From contig NC_068985.1 of assembly GCF_001194135.2 (NCBI RefSeq), forward strand, positions 801,046 through 865,045: a stretch of DNA of 64,000 nucleotides, read 5' to 3'. Position numbers and translations under genes: made by a program. The notes below the pieces were generated by a model. The model was given only the letters and a program-made list of their open reading frames with translations, had not been told where the DNA came from and did not search any database. The DNA comes from Octopus bimaculoides (Eukaryota). Of the stretch, positions 11,300 to 24,054 are shown one piece after another; positions within the stretch are counted from its first letter, which is position 1; the number at the start of each line of letters is the position of its first letter.

Positions 11300-11760
11300 G
11301 AAGGTAATTATACAGGTGAAGCTATAAGAAAGGTGAAGGATATATACAAGGTGAAGGTCGTATAACATTGAAGCAACTATAATGAAGGTGATATAATTTT
11401 AAAGTTAATAAAATGAGGGAAGTAGAGGAAATTAAAATGATGTAAGCAATGAAATGGCAAAGGTGATAAACAGGTGTGAGTAATATAATGGTGAAGGAAT
11501 TATACAGGTGAATAAATATACTAGTTAAGGTTATATATTCTGATGACTAATATAATGATGGAAGTAAGATAAAGGTGGCATTAATATACAGCTTAAGGTA
11601 ACATGAAGACAAAGGTTAATATAATTGTCAAGGTAATATAATAGAGAAGGTAAACCATAGGTAACACACAGGTAACACACAGGTAACACACAGGTGAACA
11701 TAATATTCAATGGAAAGTAAAATAAAGATGAATATATAAAAATTCTACAGAAAGTAATCT
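11300..11760. repeat. Decayed tandem repeat, motif approximately AAGGTAATATACAGGTG (left part)
   Basis: Recurrent TATACAGGTGAA, AATGGTGAAGG and GGTAATATA words, including GGTAACACACA x3 at ~11660-11692. The same words recur at 13950-14620. Confidence 0.6.
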
Positions 11761-11834
11761 AAATGTAGGTATAACTTTTCATTAACCAAAGTCTTTGAAA
11801 TTGCTCTAATTGGTTGAGTGAATAACTCTTTCCT

Positions 11835-13250
11835 CAGCTTAGTTTCCAAGACATGTGATGCATTTGGATTCTGTGATTCTCATGGCACAATTGACATGAT
11901 TTTCTGTGCAAGACAACTCTGTGCAAGAAAAGCAGGGAACAACAAAAACCTATTTTTCTTGTTTTCCACGACTTAGAAAAACCTTTGATAGTGTTCCAAG
12001 AGCTGCTATGTGGAAGGTTCATTATTGTTTTAGATATCCTGATCCCTTTACCTCCCTGGTTCAAGCAATGCATAACAATACACCTGGATGTGTATTCCAC
12101 TAAACCAGGCTTTCAGAAGAATTTCCAATCACATGCAAACTGAAACAAAAGTGCATCTTGGCCCTTATGCCATTCCACTTCTATTTGGCTGCAATGCTTC
12201 AGGAACTTCCTCCGGATAACTCAGGAGTTGACATCAGATATCGATATGATGGAGGACTTTTCAATCTTTGTAGATTTCGATCTAAATATCTAACATACAT
12301 GCTGCAACACATCTCACAACTTCAATATACTGAAGACTGATGACAATGCTGCCCTCTGCCATTCAAAAAAAGAACTCCAACAACTTTGCTATGACCTACC
12401 ATCACTTTGGCCTTACAGTAAACATCAAGAAAATCAAGTTCCTTGCACAATCAGCTTCCAATAACATCATGACCAAATTTTAATGTTGCCATCTCTGATA
12501 TACCTTTTGAACAAGTTGAGCATTTTCCACATCTTGGCAGCTTTTATCAAACTAGTGCACCTCAAGCAAGGATGTGAAACAGAATTGGAACCGTACACAG
12601 GGCATTTGGAAAGTTAACCAAATGCATCTTCAAAACCAAAGATCTGAACTTAACAATGAAAATTTTGGTCTCTAATGCTGTTGTCATTTCAAACTTGCTG
12701 TGTGGCTGCAAAACCTGAATTCTATATCAGTGCAGCATCCAAAAGTTAGAGAACTTTCACCAACAAAAGCTTTGTTCAATCTTGAGCATCGAATGGGAAT
12801 ACTATGGGACCAACAACAAAGTCCCGGAAAGAGCCAACAGTCAGAGTATCGAATTGCTGATCATGAAACTCGGTCTTCAATGGTCAGGACATGTAGCAAG
12901 AATGGTTCCCAGGCCAAGTCTTAGTGAGCTCACTTCAGGGAAAAGACCATGAGGTTGCTCTCTTTGATGGTACAAGGACCAACTCAAAGCAACACCGGAA
13001 GCTACTGGAATTGAGCTTAAATTGTTCAAAACAGAAGCTTGAGACTGTACCAAATGGCTGTGTTCCATGACCATTGGAACCAAAATCTTCGAAGCCACCA
13101 GAAGAGAAAAGAAAGAAATCAAAAGACAGGAGAGAAAATCTCAACAAAACCAACCTCGTCCTTCACCAACATTACCATTGCAGTCAATGTCATCGTCTCT
13201 TCTTTGCAAGAATTGGTCTACAAAGTCATCGATGTCATCATCACAGAGGA
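11835..13250 (+). pseudogene. 5'-truncated RTE-BovB-like LINE (RT + C-terminal zinc finger)
   Basis: DMIFCARQL..QEK, FHDLRKTFDSVPRAAMWKV, GVDIRYRYDGGLFNLCRFRS, LQYTED (YADD-like), LENFHQ-like stretch and terminal CSQCHRLFFARIGLQSHRCH (CxxCxRxFxSRIGLxSH). Many stops and frameshifts. Confidence 0.9.
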
Positions 13251-13294
13251 AGCATTCAGCAAAGAAGAATCAAAATTCTTGGATACAAGATAAA

Positions 13295-13395
13295 GCCGCC
13301 GCCACCACCACCACCTCCACCACCACCAACAACAACAACAACAACAACACCACCACCACCAACAACAACAACAACAACACCACCACCACCACCAA
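13295..13395. repeat. (CAC)n/(CAA)n trinucleotide repeat
   Basis: Direct reading; source of the poly-P/T/N ORF tails. Confidence 0.95.
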
Positions 13396-13479
13396 AGCAT
13401 TTGTACTATTGTTGAAACCAACTCTGTGAAGAAAATTCCGGTATGCCCATTTTCTACCCGTTTTTGTTTGCAGCCATTT

Positions 13480-13850
13480 TGTCATCGGTGTGTGCCATTT
13501 AATTGTTGTCTCTGATGACTGTCATTTCTTTACACACATTTTCCAATATTGTTCCACCAATTTCTGTAATGCATTGTGATCACAGTCCAGTTGTGCAGAA
13601 AGCTTACAGATTTTGACTCCTCTGTTCACACAAATCCAGTTACTGACCATTCACGTTAATGGTCAAGAGTTGATGGCCTCTCAGTGCATGGTTTGTCTTC
13701 AACGTTGGCTTCTCCTTCTTTAAACTCTCTCCTCCACCTCTGCACATAACTCTTAACAATGATGTCATCTCTATAAGCAATCTATAGATTTTTGTGGATA
13801 TTCGACAGCTTTCACCCTTCCTACATCAAGAACTCTATGAAAGCCCCTTA
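13480..13850 (-). pseudogene. Mariner-family transposase N-terminal HTH fragment
   Basis: Minus translation AFIEFLM*EG*KLSNIHKNL*IAYRDDIIVKSYVQRWRREFKEGEANVEDKPCTERPST matches the mariner pattern IHxxLxxxYG...WxxxFKxGxxxVEDxxRxGRPST. Confidence 0.8.
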
Positions 13851-13949
13851 CCTCATTATTTATCTGCAATGAAGAACTGAAAAAGAGTTCTACAGAGGAG
13901 TTGTTACTCTAACAGGTGCAATTTGAAGAATCTTGTCAGCTAATAAAAC

Positions 13950-14620
13950 ATTTATGCTACACAGGTGAATGTAATACTATATTAAAGGTGATATACAGGC
14001 AAAGATGATGTAATGGTGAATGCAATAGAAAAGCGAGGGTAATTGATGGTACAAGGTGATATAGAGAAAGTAATATAATGAAGATTAGGTAACTGTAAAG
14101 TTAATATAATAACTGTGACGGGAAATATAAAGGTGAAATTAATAGGCAATTAAAAGTAAAATGATGGTACAGGTAATGCAAAAGTGAAAATAATATGTTG
14201 TTGAATATAGTACAGGTAATATACAGGTGAATGAACTCTAATGGTGAAGGTAATATACAGGTTTAGGTGATATATAAGACAATGTAATGTAACGGTAACT
14301 ATATATAATATAATGGTGAAGGTAATATATACAGGTGAAGCTAATATACAGCTGAAAGTATTATTCAGCTGAAAGTATTATACAGTCAAATATTATATAA
14401 AAGTAAAGGTAACTTAATAATTAAGTTGGTAACATTCAGGTGATGGTTATATAAAGATGGATACGAAATAATGGTGGAGCTAATATACATATGGAGATAG
14501 AAAATCTAGTGAAAGCAATGTGGAGGTAAAGGCAAAGAAAGACAAGGCATATAATGCTAAAGGTAAAGCAAATGAGAAAGTAATGAAATCGAAAGGTGAA
14601 AGTAATACAATATAATATGA
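13950..14620. repeat. Decayed tandem repeat (right part of the 11300-11760 array)
   Basis: GGTAATATACAGGTGAA, TAATGGTGAAGGTAATATAC and CAGCTGAAAGTATTA x2. Confidence 0.6.
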
Positions 14621-15734
14621 AGTAGATATAACAGGATGTTTTATAATAGAGTGGCTTTTTTATGTGCCACCAGCATGGGAGCCAACCAGGTGGGCCTGGC
14701 ATCGATCACGTTCGAATAGTGCTTTTTATGTGCCACTGGCACAGGTGGCACCTGCATGGGAGCCTGTAAAACTTTATAGATATTATTTTATTCATTCATT
14801 GAGTTTTTTTCTAATAATGGATATAAAGAAATGTTGTTGGATTAAGTTAGTGAAATTTATGTATGAAAAGAAACAAAAATTATTACAAAACAAAAGATAA
14901 AAAAGCCAAACATACAGCAGAAGAAAAAAGGATAAAAAGGAAAAAAGAAAAACGAAAAAAGACATGGAACAGAACGACACATTAATTGAACGTGGATCAG
15001 AAGAGGAGCAACCCCCATACCAGCATATAAAATGAATATACAACAACAACTACATTAGATGCCTTAGATATGAGAAGTTTTGCTCTTTGAAAGTGTGCTT
15101 AGCAATTTGAAGCAAGAGTCAAAATCTTCTCCTCATTTGTTTCCTGCAATAACACAGAAGAAGTAACTGAAATCAATGGAAGTTCAGAGGAGAAACAGAA
15201 AGCAGCGGATCTTTACCAAAAATTAATATCTTTGATAACAGATGAACTTATGAATGTTATTTGGAACTGCTAAGTATATCCAAGTAGATTTAATACTTAA
15301 GTCAAAGGATGAGGATTACAGGTTAAAAGTTGCCAGTATTCTACTTGTTGTTGTTGTTGTTGTTGGAATGATTGTTATTTGTTGCATTAATGTTATTTTC
15401 TATCCTGTTTATTGGTTTGTTGTTATTGTTGTTATTGTTCATATTACTGGTAACGGTGGTTGTGATGGTGATGGTGGTGATGGTGCGTGTCTTATCCTAC
15501 GTCTTACTGTTTGCTGTTGCAGTGGTTGATGCTACCACTGCTACTACCATTGATGGTGTTGCTACTGCTGCTGCTGCTGCCCAATTACCATTCATTTTAC
15601 AGTTTTTGCCACCGTTGTTGTTGTTGTTTGACCCCAGATCAGTCCTGATAAGACACATAAGGTTAAATGTATTCCAGCCTTGACCATCCCATTGTTCTTG
15701 GTGAAGATTAGGAATTTGTAGCTGCTGCTATTAG

Positions 15735-15768
15735 TGTTATTATTATTGTTATTATTATGGCACTCTTC

Positions 15769-15829
<61 letters not shown>

Positions 15830-15880
15830 CATTATTATTATCATTATTATTGTTATTATTATTATTATTACTACTACTAC
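15735..15880. repeat. (TAT)n microsatellite
   Basis: Direct reading. Confidence 0.95.
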
Positions 15881-15910
15881 TGGCAAAAACAGCATATCAG
15901 AAAAAAGAAG

Positions 15911-16105
15911 AAAATGCTTAGTGGCATTTCATCTGTCTTTACATTCTGAGTTCAAATTCCACCAAGGTCAACCTTATTTTTCCTCCCATTTGGGGCTGAT
16001 GAAATAAATATCAGTCATGCATTTGGGTCGATGTAATAGACGTATCCCATTCCCCCCACCTCCCACTCAGATGTCATGCCTTCTCCCTATAGAAGAAAGG
16101 ATTAT
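15911..16105 (+). mobile_element. SINE family B, 5'-truncated
   Basis: AAATGCTTAGTGGCATTTC..CTGAGTTCAAATTCC..AGGTCAACC..GGGTCGATGTAATAGAC..TAGAAGAAAGGATTATT. Confidence 0.75.
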
Positions 16106-18059
16106 TTCTGCTACAGTTGTGATAATTGTTGTTGTTACGATTATTGCTTCTCATATTGTTGTAGCATATTCTATGGTGCAATGTTGAAATTTTGGTAAAC
16201 TGAATCTTTATTCTGCTTTTCACTTCCAGTTTAAATTATACTCTATTTCTAACATCTTCATTGCCTCTTCCTTGGTTGAAAGCAGCAAATAAAAGCCATT
16301 GGCATTATTGTTGGTTTTGTGTTTATTATTATTTGTAGAAACTTCTGACCATGGTGAGGTACTAATGTTTAGTATTGTTATAGTAGCAGGAATGGTAAAG
16401 CACTAAATATAATGCCTTGAAATAATTGATTATGTTCCTTTGAATTTAAACTTAGAATGCTGCCAGTGTCAAATTTGTCTTTCATTCCCACAAAGTCACT
16501 AAATGAAATACCAATAGTAGTCTGCAGAAGATTTATTAAACAATAGAATTTCTTGAAATTCATGGAAGAACAATGAAATGAATATCAATTAAATATGGGA
16601 ATTACAACTTATATTTGAAATCTTTAATTGGTAAAATTCTTTTACTAAGAATCAGGAATGTGTACTGAGAAAATCGAACCATTTATTCTTTGATAAAAAT
16701 GAATTAGAAATCTTTATAGTCTGTTTGCTTAGAATTCTTTTAGAGAACTTAACAAATGATGAAGACCAGGGGTTGAGAATTGCAAGGGTTCAAGAATCTG
16801 TTAGAATGCATCAGCACCAATGAAATATTCATGTAACTTATATCAAATTACAGTTTTGGTCTTAAGATTGTTTTACTAGAAGGGATTCAAGACCTTGTTT
16901 TGTATTAAATGCTGCCAATACGAGGGAAGAAACTATTTGAAGATATTTCATCAAGTGAGAGTATAATAGTAACAGCGTAATTCTAGCCAGAGGTTTGGTG
17001 GAAAAGGAAGTAAACGACTTGACAGGCGCAACAATGAAATGATGGAAAGGCAACTCTTTCAGGCAGTGAATGTAAGACATATAATGTTTTAAGAATGAAA
17101 CTAAAACATTTTGTCCAGGACTGCCGTTCGTAATATGTGTCAATATCGGAGTGGAATCTTGTCCTGATTTTATTCCACATTGAAGTACATTATAAAACTT
17201 TATCTAAAATTCAATATACATTGATAACTCTCCAAAAAACATAACAAGGAGTCAACAAATGAAGCAAGAACTATAATAGATTATGATGTAAAAAATCAAA
17301 TTTAACAAAACAACATTGGAAGCCATAAGTAAAAGGACAAAACCATTGCGGCTGAACATGGAAACAGTTCTTGTCTGATGAATTTGAAAGTTAGTGAAAG
17401 ACCCAGGCAATTGATTATACTACAGCGTATTACTGGTATTTCTTTTATCTACTTCTGAAGAATAAAAGGCAAATTTACTTCCTGGTAGAATCTAAACTCA
17501 AAGCATGAAGAAGCATATCTAAAAGAATTGAAATGGTTTGAAATAATCCTTAGTAAATATTTACAACAAAAGAAGGACTTTTGGTTTCGGCCAGAGAAGT
17601 GTGCCAACTCTAATATTAATGGGCCACAGTGAAATAGCTGTTCATGATTTTGATAATATCCTGAGTTTAAATTCCATTGAGGTCAAGTTAGTTTTGCCTA
17701 ATTCTTATCCAAGGATTAATAAACTAAAAGACAAAGACATGTTTTAATGAATAAACAGACACACTTCTTTATTGTGAGGGTGGAGAGTCATTTAAAGGAG
17801 GCTGGTCTGGTCTGGTTTCATGGCATGAAACAAGAGATAAATACTCCCCCATTACGATGATGACCCGTTACAAGTGAAAAGTTCCTTATTGATCAGGTTG
17901 TACCTTTTCTCAGCATATGAATGTAGTGAAATAGCATAGAACCAAAGCAATTTAGGCCAGGTGGGACGTTACAGCTTTTAAACAAGGAATTGTCTTATGC
18001 AGTCAGCCATCTTGGTTGCGATTCTGTGGATGACTCTTGCAGCTTGTTGTTACTTTATG

Positions 18060-18277
18060 TAATAGCTGTTGTTGTTGTTGTTGTTGGGATGAAGGTGGTG
18101 GTGGTGGTGGTGGTAGCAGTGAGCATAAATGTGATGAAAGGGATGCGTTGGTGGTGAGGGTAGCAGTAAGAGTAAAGATGGTGGTGGTAAAAGTGGTATT
18201 CACTGCAACTTACTACATTTACAAATGGCTAAAGATGATGATGATGATGGTGATGATGATGATGGTGATGATGATGG

Positions 18278-18309
<32 letters not shown>

Positions 18310-18590
18310 GTGATGGTAACAATGAAGTTATTTACGATGAAGATGAGAATGATGAAGAAGATGATTTTGGAGCAGCAAACAAAATGTCTTTTGTAGATAA
18401 CATCGACATCACAACCTTTGCCATCACAACCACCACTACCACCATCATCACCACCACTACTAGCGCAATCATCATCATCACCATCAACATCATTGCCATC
18501 ATAATTACTGTTGTTGTCGTCATCATCATCATCATCATCACTATAGACAGGAATGGTAGCAGCAGAAGCAACAACAACATTAAGACAAAA
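18060..18590. repeat. (GTT)/(GGT)/(GAT)n/(CAT)n trinucleotide low-complexity block
   Basis: Direct reading; explains the poly-D/M/T/I ORFs 18003-18611. Confidence 0.9.
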
Positions 18591-19164
18591 GAGACCCTAT
18601 CCCAGATTTAGAATGAACAAGCTGTATACCTTTTGATTATTATTCCAAACTAATGATTTCTTTGTTCATTGTAGTTGTTTTTAACTAATTTATGAATCTT
18701 ATGGGCAATTAGAGAGACCATTATTAATTAGTTGACATCATTAACATCAAAAGGAACTTTATTTGGCTTTTACACAAATAGAAGATAAGAAGAAAAAAAA
18801 CCCCAAAAAACTAACCCTTTTAAAAGCTGAACTCCCTGCTTGACCTCTGACATCTTTTTGCAGCTACAGTACCAGTCATTACCATCCAGTATAATTTACA
18901 TACTCTTAGTTCCATGCTGCCTTTCAGGTATACTGAGGTATTCCAGTAGTGGCCATCCCATTCATTTACTTTTATCTGGGACACATTGAATGTGTCCTTT
19001 ATTTATACTGGAAGTGTTTGATTTGAAGGAAATCCAGCAGCTGTATTTAGCATTAGAGTTTCCCCCATTTAATTAATATGTACTTGTATATTTGTCCGGT
19101 GGAATATTAATCAAAGTATGCAGTATTATAGAGCTATTTCAGCTGATCTTATCGATTGGTTTTG

Positions 19165-19264
19165 CACTGGGTATTAGATAACTGCACATTTCTCAATAGT
19201 TCAGTGTAGGTGTTTTCTTTGTCACTGAACTATTGAGAAATGTGCAGTTATCTAATACCCAGTG
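19165..19264. repeat. Perfect 42-bp inverted repeat with 16-nt loop
   Basis: CACTGGGTATTAGATAACTGCACATTTCTCAATAGTTCAGTG (19165-19206) and its exact reverse complement (19223-19264). Confidence 0.97.
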
Positions 19265-21389
19265 GGTAACTGGTGTATGAATGTACATATGTGTAAGCAT
19301 GTATGTGTGTATATATGTACCTATCTACTTGTGTATGTATGCATTAGAGCATGGAAGACATGTTAGTCATGCAAACATGGAAAAACTACTAACTTTACTT
19401 TGACCATTATTTGGTATCAAAAGTTTTGTCTCACCAAAAGATTGAGTAAGACTTTTAGCTCCACCTTTGATGCCATGTTCTGCCACCAGTCATGGCTGGA
19501 TAAGCCATCAAAGGCGAAACCTGAAGTTACACTCCACTCAATATTATTAATAAATTTCACTCTACAAAATGTATAGAGCCTCATCATAGATGTATAGATG
19601 CCTCATTCTTTTCTACAAGTCAATCAACGCCATTATCACACATACATGTGAGCACACACACACACACACACAATACACATGCACACAATACATACGCACA
19701 ATAGACACACACAAAATACATATACAATATGCATGCATTACACACACACACACACACACACACACATGCACGATATACATATGCATGTGCACAAAACACA
19801 CACACACACATATGTATATAGATAGGGAGATAAAGACTTTGCTTATTCATGTATAATGTGAGAAATTTGATGCAAACTATTATGTCAGAATTGCTGGGCT
19901 AACATTACAGTTGAATCTAAAGGAGGATAAAAGGTTAAAATAATATTGGCGATGATTCTTTTTGGTGCAAAAAGCTTGGTGGTGGTGAGTTTTGTATTTG
20001 AGATGGTATTGTACTTGAATAAATATGGGAGATAAACAGGGCAATAAAGTAACAATTAGCCAGCTAGACAGGTTTATTGACTATAAAAATTGTATATTAT
20101 ATTACAGTAATATGTTTTAGAATAATAGGTTTTCACAACAACATATAATTGATGAAAGAAAGGAAACTATATGAATCTTAAAGTAAGTGAGAGATAAATG
20201 AGTTGCATTGTGGGATATGTATTTAAATCAGACAATCAGGAAAGTAAAAGGCAGACACATGATATTTCTTTACTGGAGCAAAATACATAAGTGAAAGCGC
20301 TAGCAGCAGCAGCAGTAGTAGTAGTAGTAGATGTGTAGTGGAGATGTTGAAGTAATTAAATAATGTTACAAACTTCGACAACAAGCAAAAGAGAATTCTT
20401 TGTCAGAAAGGTGTTCACTTAACATGGAGACTGACTTCAGTTTAAATTCTCATCTTTCTCAAAGAGAAAGTGACACTTAGATGTTCTGTCAGGAAATGGT
20501 ACATGTCACCTGATAGTACCATTTCTTTCATTTTAACTGAAATAAAGTTAAGATGAAAGTATTTCGTTTTATGCTTTTCTTCTTCTTCTTCTTCTTCTCT
20601 TTTTCCTTTTCTTTACATTATTGATTCAGTGGTAAGTTCATGGTTTACATTACATTCTCCATATCATTATTTTGAGTGTTAGCAGATGCTTGCTTTCTTT
20701 CTTTCTTCCCTTTTTTACTTATTGACCCTTTTCAGTGTTATTGACAGTGTGAAGGAGGGGAAGGGAAGGAATTAGAGAGAAAGTGTAAGGGGGGCAGGGG
20801 TTGAGAGGAAAGTGAGATGTGGAGGGAGTGAGTGTGTGCCAATGACAACCAAATTTCAACATGGAATCCTAAGTTAAAGAGAAACAACCAAATGATTGAG
20901 AAACTCGAATAAAAATAAAATGACAAAACATAAATGAAAAGAAAATTCATATAGATAAAAGATAAAAAACAAAAAACAAAACTTTAAAAAGCATTAAAAT
21001 ATATTGCAAAAAATAATAAAAAAGAAATAAAGAAGGTAAAGCTGAAGAGTATAGCAAAGAATAACCAAAACCTATTTGAAGATCAATTTAACATCTAAAA
21101 GAGATTAAATACATCCATATTGATTGCCATAATCCAATTATTGCAGAATTATTGGTTTGGTAGAAGTTAGCTAACCATATTTGTTCAGAGTTAGAAAGTA
21201 GATGTCTGGCAATAATATTAATTCATTTTAAATCTAAACCACTCACCTTAAACAGGTAAAGTAATGGCTTCACTGGGTCTTGTTCGGATTTAGTGAAACA
21301 CAACCAGATTTTTTACTTTTAGTCAATCCTTTTAAACAGCTTCCAATAATTTCCAATCTAATCACATGGCTACATGTTTGTTAGGAATT

Positions 21390-21425
<36 letters not shown>

Positions 21426-21672
21426 GTCATCATCATCATCATTGTCATTTTCGTCACTTAATGTCCAATTCCATGCTGGCATGGGTTGCATGGTTTGACA
21501 GGAACTGGAAACGCCAGAGTGCTGCACCAGACTCCATGTCATGTCTGCTTTGGCATGGTTTCTATGGCTGGATGATGTCCTTCCTAATGCCAACCATTTT
21601 ACAGAGTGAACTGAGTGTTTTTTATGTGACACCAGCACCCCAGGGCTTTTTCCATGGCACCAGCACAGGTGC
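21390..21672 (-). mobile_element. Family C non-autonomous retroelement with (GAT)n tail (RTE-type 3' end)
   Basis: Plus strand reads (CAT)n..TTAATGTCC..TTCCATGCTGGCATGGGTTG..TTTGGCATGGTTTCTATGGCTGGATG..CCTTCCTAATGCCAACC; the same body recurs at least six times in the window. Confidence 0.85.
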
Positions 21673-21979
21673 TTTATACATTAGGAATGTATAATCAACT
21701 AAATCAGCCTCAATACTCTATTAATGTTTATTTAATCAAGCTCAGAAGTGTGAAATGTAAAGTCTCTACAGACAGGATTTGAACCCAGAAAGTAAGAGTA
21801 CATAACTAAATGCCCCAAACTACTGCTTTTTACTAAGTACACTATTTAATTGCCCACCTACACAAATTTAGTACAATACAAATACTGTTGGCTATCGTTT
21901 ACTTGTGAGTGAAGCTTTTGTAACACAACATGATTTCACTAAACATTTTGCCTGCTCATGTAGTCATAATCAGAAACAG

Positions 21980-22200
21980 ATGCCTTTGGGACCCCTCACA
22001 CTAGATTCTGTGGAACATCCAGAATTGGACAGCCTAAGGAAGGGAGGACTTAACCAACACCTGACTAGTAGTCATTACGGATTAGCAGGTAGGTGTAATT
22101 GGAAATAAAATGTCTTGCTCAAGAACATAATCTGCTATTCAGTCCAGTAATTGAATCTTGTGGTCATCTGTCAAACTGCTTAACCATTCAGCCACACACC
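21980..22200 (-). mobile_element. Decayed tRNA-SINE family D
   Basis: AAATAAAATGTCTTGCTCAAGAACATAA..TTAACCATTCAGCCAC matches 43060-43126. Confidence 0.5.
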
Positions 22201-22820
22201 TACGCACTTAAACCGTCCAACAATTATTATAAAAGACTGAGGGTTAGCGTTGAGTTTTGACACCTTTCAGTTTTGAACATGTTTGCTAGGTTCCACTTTA
22301 TTACCTCTGATGTTGATATAACATCACTTTACATCCCTCCTCCTCCTCCTCCTCTAGTAACAAAATGAAGTTACTCTTCTGCTAAAGAATATCAAGATAG
22401 TATCATAAGATCTCACCACCTGCATTAGATTGGTCATTGTATGATTTGAGTTCAAATACAGTTACAGTGACCTTTGCCTGTAATTCTTCTTCTTCTGTTA
22501 CCGAGCAATACTTTCAGTTATATTGACCACATATGTCCTGCTGAATACAAAATGATATTGTAGCTAATTAAGTAAATTGGTAGAAAACGGTCTTGTGCCG
22601 AATTAAAAGAGATCAGGGAAACATGCTTCTCCTCCTCTGATGATGATGAAATTACAAAATAACATTCAATGTAATGAAGAAGATGAAGCTCAGAAGAGAA
22701 GGAGAAATAATGAAAGGCACAGAAAGGGGGGAGGTTGGTGGGAAGTTGTGTGGGAAGGGTTGATTAGGAGAATGGGGGTTAGATGTTATAAGGGCGTGGT
22801 TCTAAGAGAGGAAGGAAATA

Positions 22821-22822
22821 GT

Positions 22823-22875
<53 letters not shown>

Positions 22876-23190
22876 TTAACATCTATTTTCCATGTCAGCA
22901 GGGGTTGTATCATTTGACAGGAGCCTGTAAGGTCACAAGCCACACTAGATTCCATTGTCTGTTTTGGTGAGGCGTTCTACAGGGTGTCCACAAGGTCTGG
23001 GTACATGGAGTAAATTAAATCATAACATAAACAATTAAATATAAGAAATAATAATTACTTAAAGTATGTGTTAATCCGCATGTACCCAGACTTTGTGGAC
23101 ACCCTGTAGAGTTGGATGCCCTTCCTAATACCCACCACTTTACAGAGTGGACTGGGTGGTGCTGTTTATGTGGCATCAGCACCAACAAGA
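22821..23190 (-). mobile_element. Family C element interrupted by a MITE
   Basis: (CAT)n TTTAACATCTATTTTCCATG..GGCGTTCTA [MITE] GAGTTGGATGCCCTTCCTAATACCCACCACTTTACAGAGTG. Confidence 0.8.
22980..23106. mobile_element. 127-bp Tc1/mariner-type MITE with TA target-site duplication
   Basis: 28-bp TIRs CAGGGTGTCCACAA(G/A)GTCTGGGTACATG with one mismatch (22980-23007, 23079-23106); TA at 22978-22979 and 23107-23108; the host element resumes on both sides. Confidence 0.93.
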
Positions 23191-23801
23191 TTACCAAGTA
23201 CCTTGCAAAGTAAAAACTCCTTAACTGGAAGGTGGGTGGGAGTAGTACTGAGTGGGGTGTGGCTTGGTTGTTCAAAATGAGAGGTGGGGATGCGACATGT
23301 GTTGATTCTGGTCCCTAGTGACTGCCACAGTGAAGAAAAGTGATGAGTTTTGGGAGGATGAGATATGGGGAAGAATGCTTGACAGGGCAGGTTGGGGGTA
23401 GGGGCAGAGACAGGGACTAGAATCTGCAGACACAAACAAAATGTTTGTAGGATAATCACTTTTGCAGTAACAAATATTTATAAACATCATCATCATCTCC
23501 ATCCTCATCTTCGTCTTCATTTAACTTCCATGTTCCATGGGTTGGATTAGAAATATTTGGAGTTCTTTATTACTTGTTTTTGTTCTTTTTGTTTTGCACT
23601 CCATATTAACAATGATCAAGAAGATCTTTAATCAATATTATTTACATTATTTACATTTGACAGATATTTGTCCTCATCTTGTTTGTTGTTAACACAACAT
23701 TTTGGCTAATATACCCTCCAGCCTTCATCAGGTGTCTTGGGGAAATTTCGAACCTGGGTTCTCATTCCTAAGGTATTTTTCAATGCTATTATTATTATTA
23801 C

Positions 23802-23848
<47 letters not shown>

Positions 23849-23853
23849 TCACG

Positions 23854-23923
23854 GGCATATGGCATAGTGGTTAAGAGCGCAGGCTACTAAACCCAAGATT
23901 CCGAGTTCGATTCCAGGTAGTGA

Positions 23924-23925
<2 letters not shown>
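23854..23925 (+). promoter_or_regulatory. tRNA-derived internal Pol III promoter (SINE head, tRNA-Ser(GCU)-like); not a functional tRNA
   Basis: A-box TGGCATAGTGG, B-box GAGTTCGATTCC and an anticodon-arm-like GGCTACTAAACC. There is no paired acceptor stem and no long variable arm. Confidence 0.75.
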
Positions 23926-23958
<33 letters not shown>

Positions 23959-24008
23959 GTAATGATAATAATAACATCAAAGAATACCCAGGTTCGAAAT
24001 TTCCCTAA

Positions 24009-24054
24009 GACACCTGATGAAGGCTGGAGGGTATATCAGTTGAAACATTGAGTT
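24009..24054 (+). ncRNA. Minimal type I hammerhead ribozyme motif (degenerate)
   Basis: GACAC-CTGATGA-A-GGCTG-GAGGGTATAT-CAGTT-GAAAC-ATT-GAGTT. Both core boxes are intact, stem II pairs with two G-U wobbles, stem I has one mismatch, and the cleavage triplet is AUU instead of the inferred consensus GUU. Confidence 0.65.

Noticed and set aside
15093-15283. Open frame QFEARVKIFSSFVSCNNTEEVTEINGSSEEKQKAADLYQKLISLITDELMNVIWNC* with a vague KH-domain flavour
   Set aside because: The GxxG loop is missing, there is no usable donor before the stop, and the length is compatible with chance.
18225-18611. Long low-complexity ORFs (poly-D/T/I; likewise 13067-13429, 27165-28077, 41372-41818, 52213-52644 and the (CA/TG/TA)n ORFs)
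   Set aside because: They are stop-free only because they read through microsatellites; there is no protein signal.
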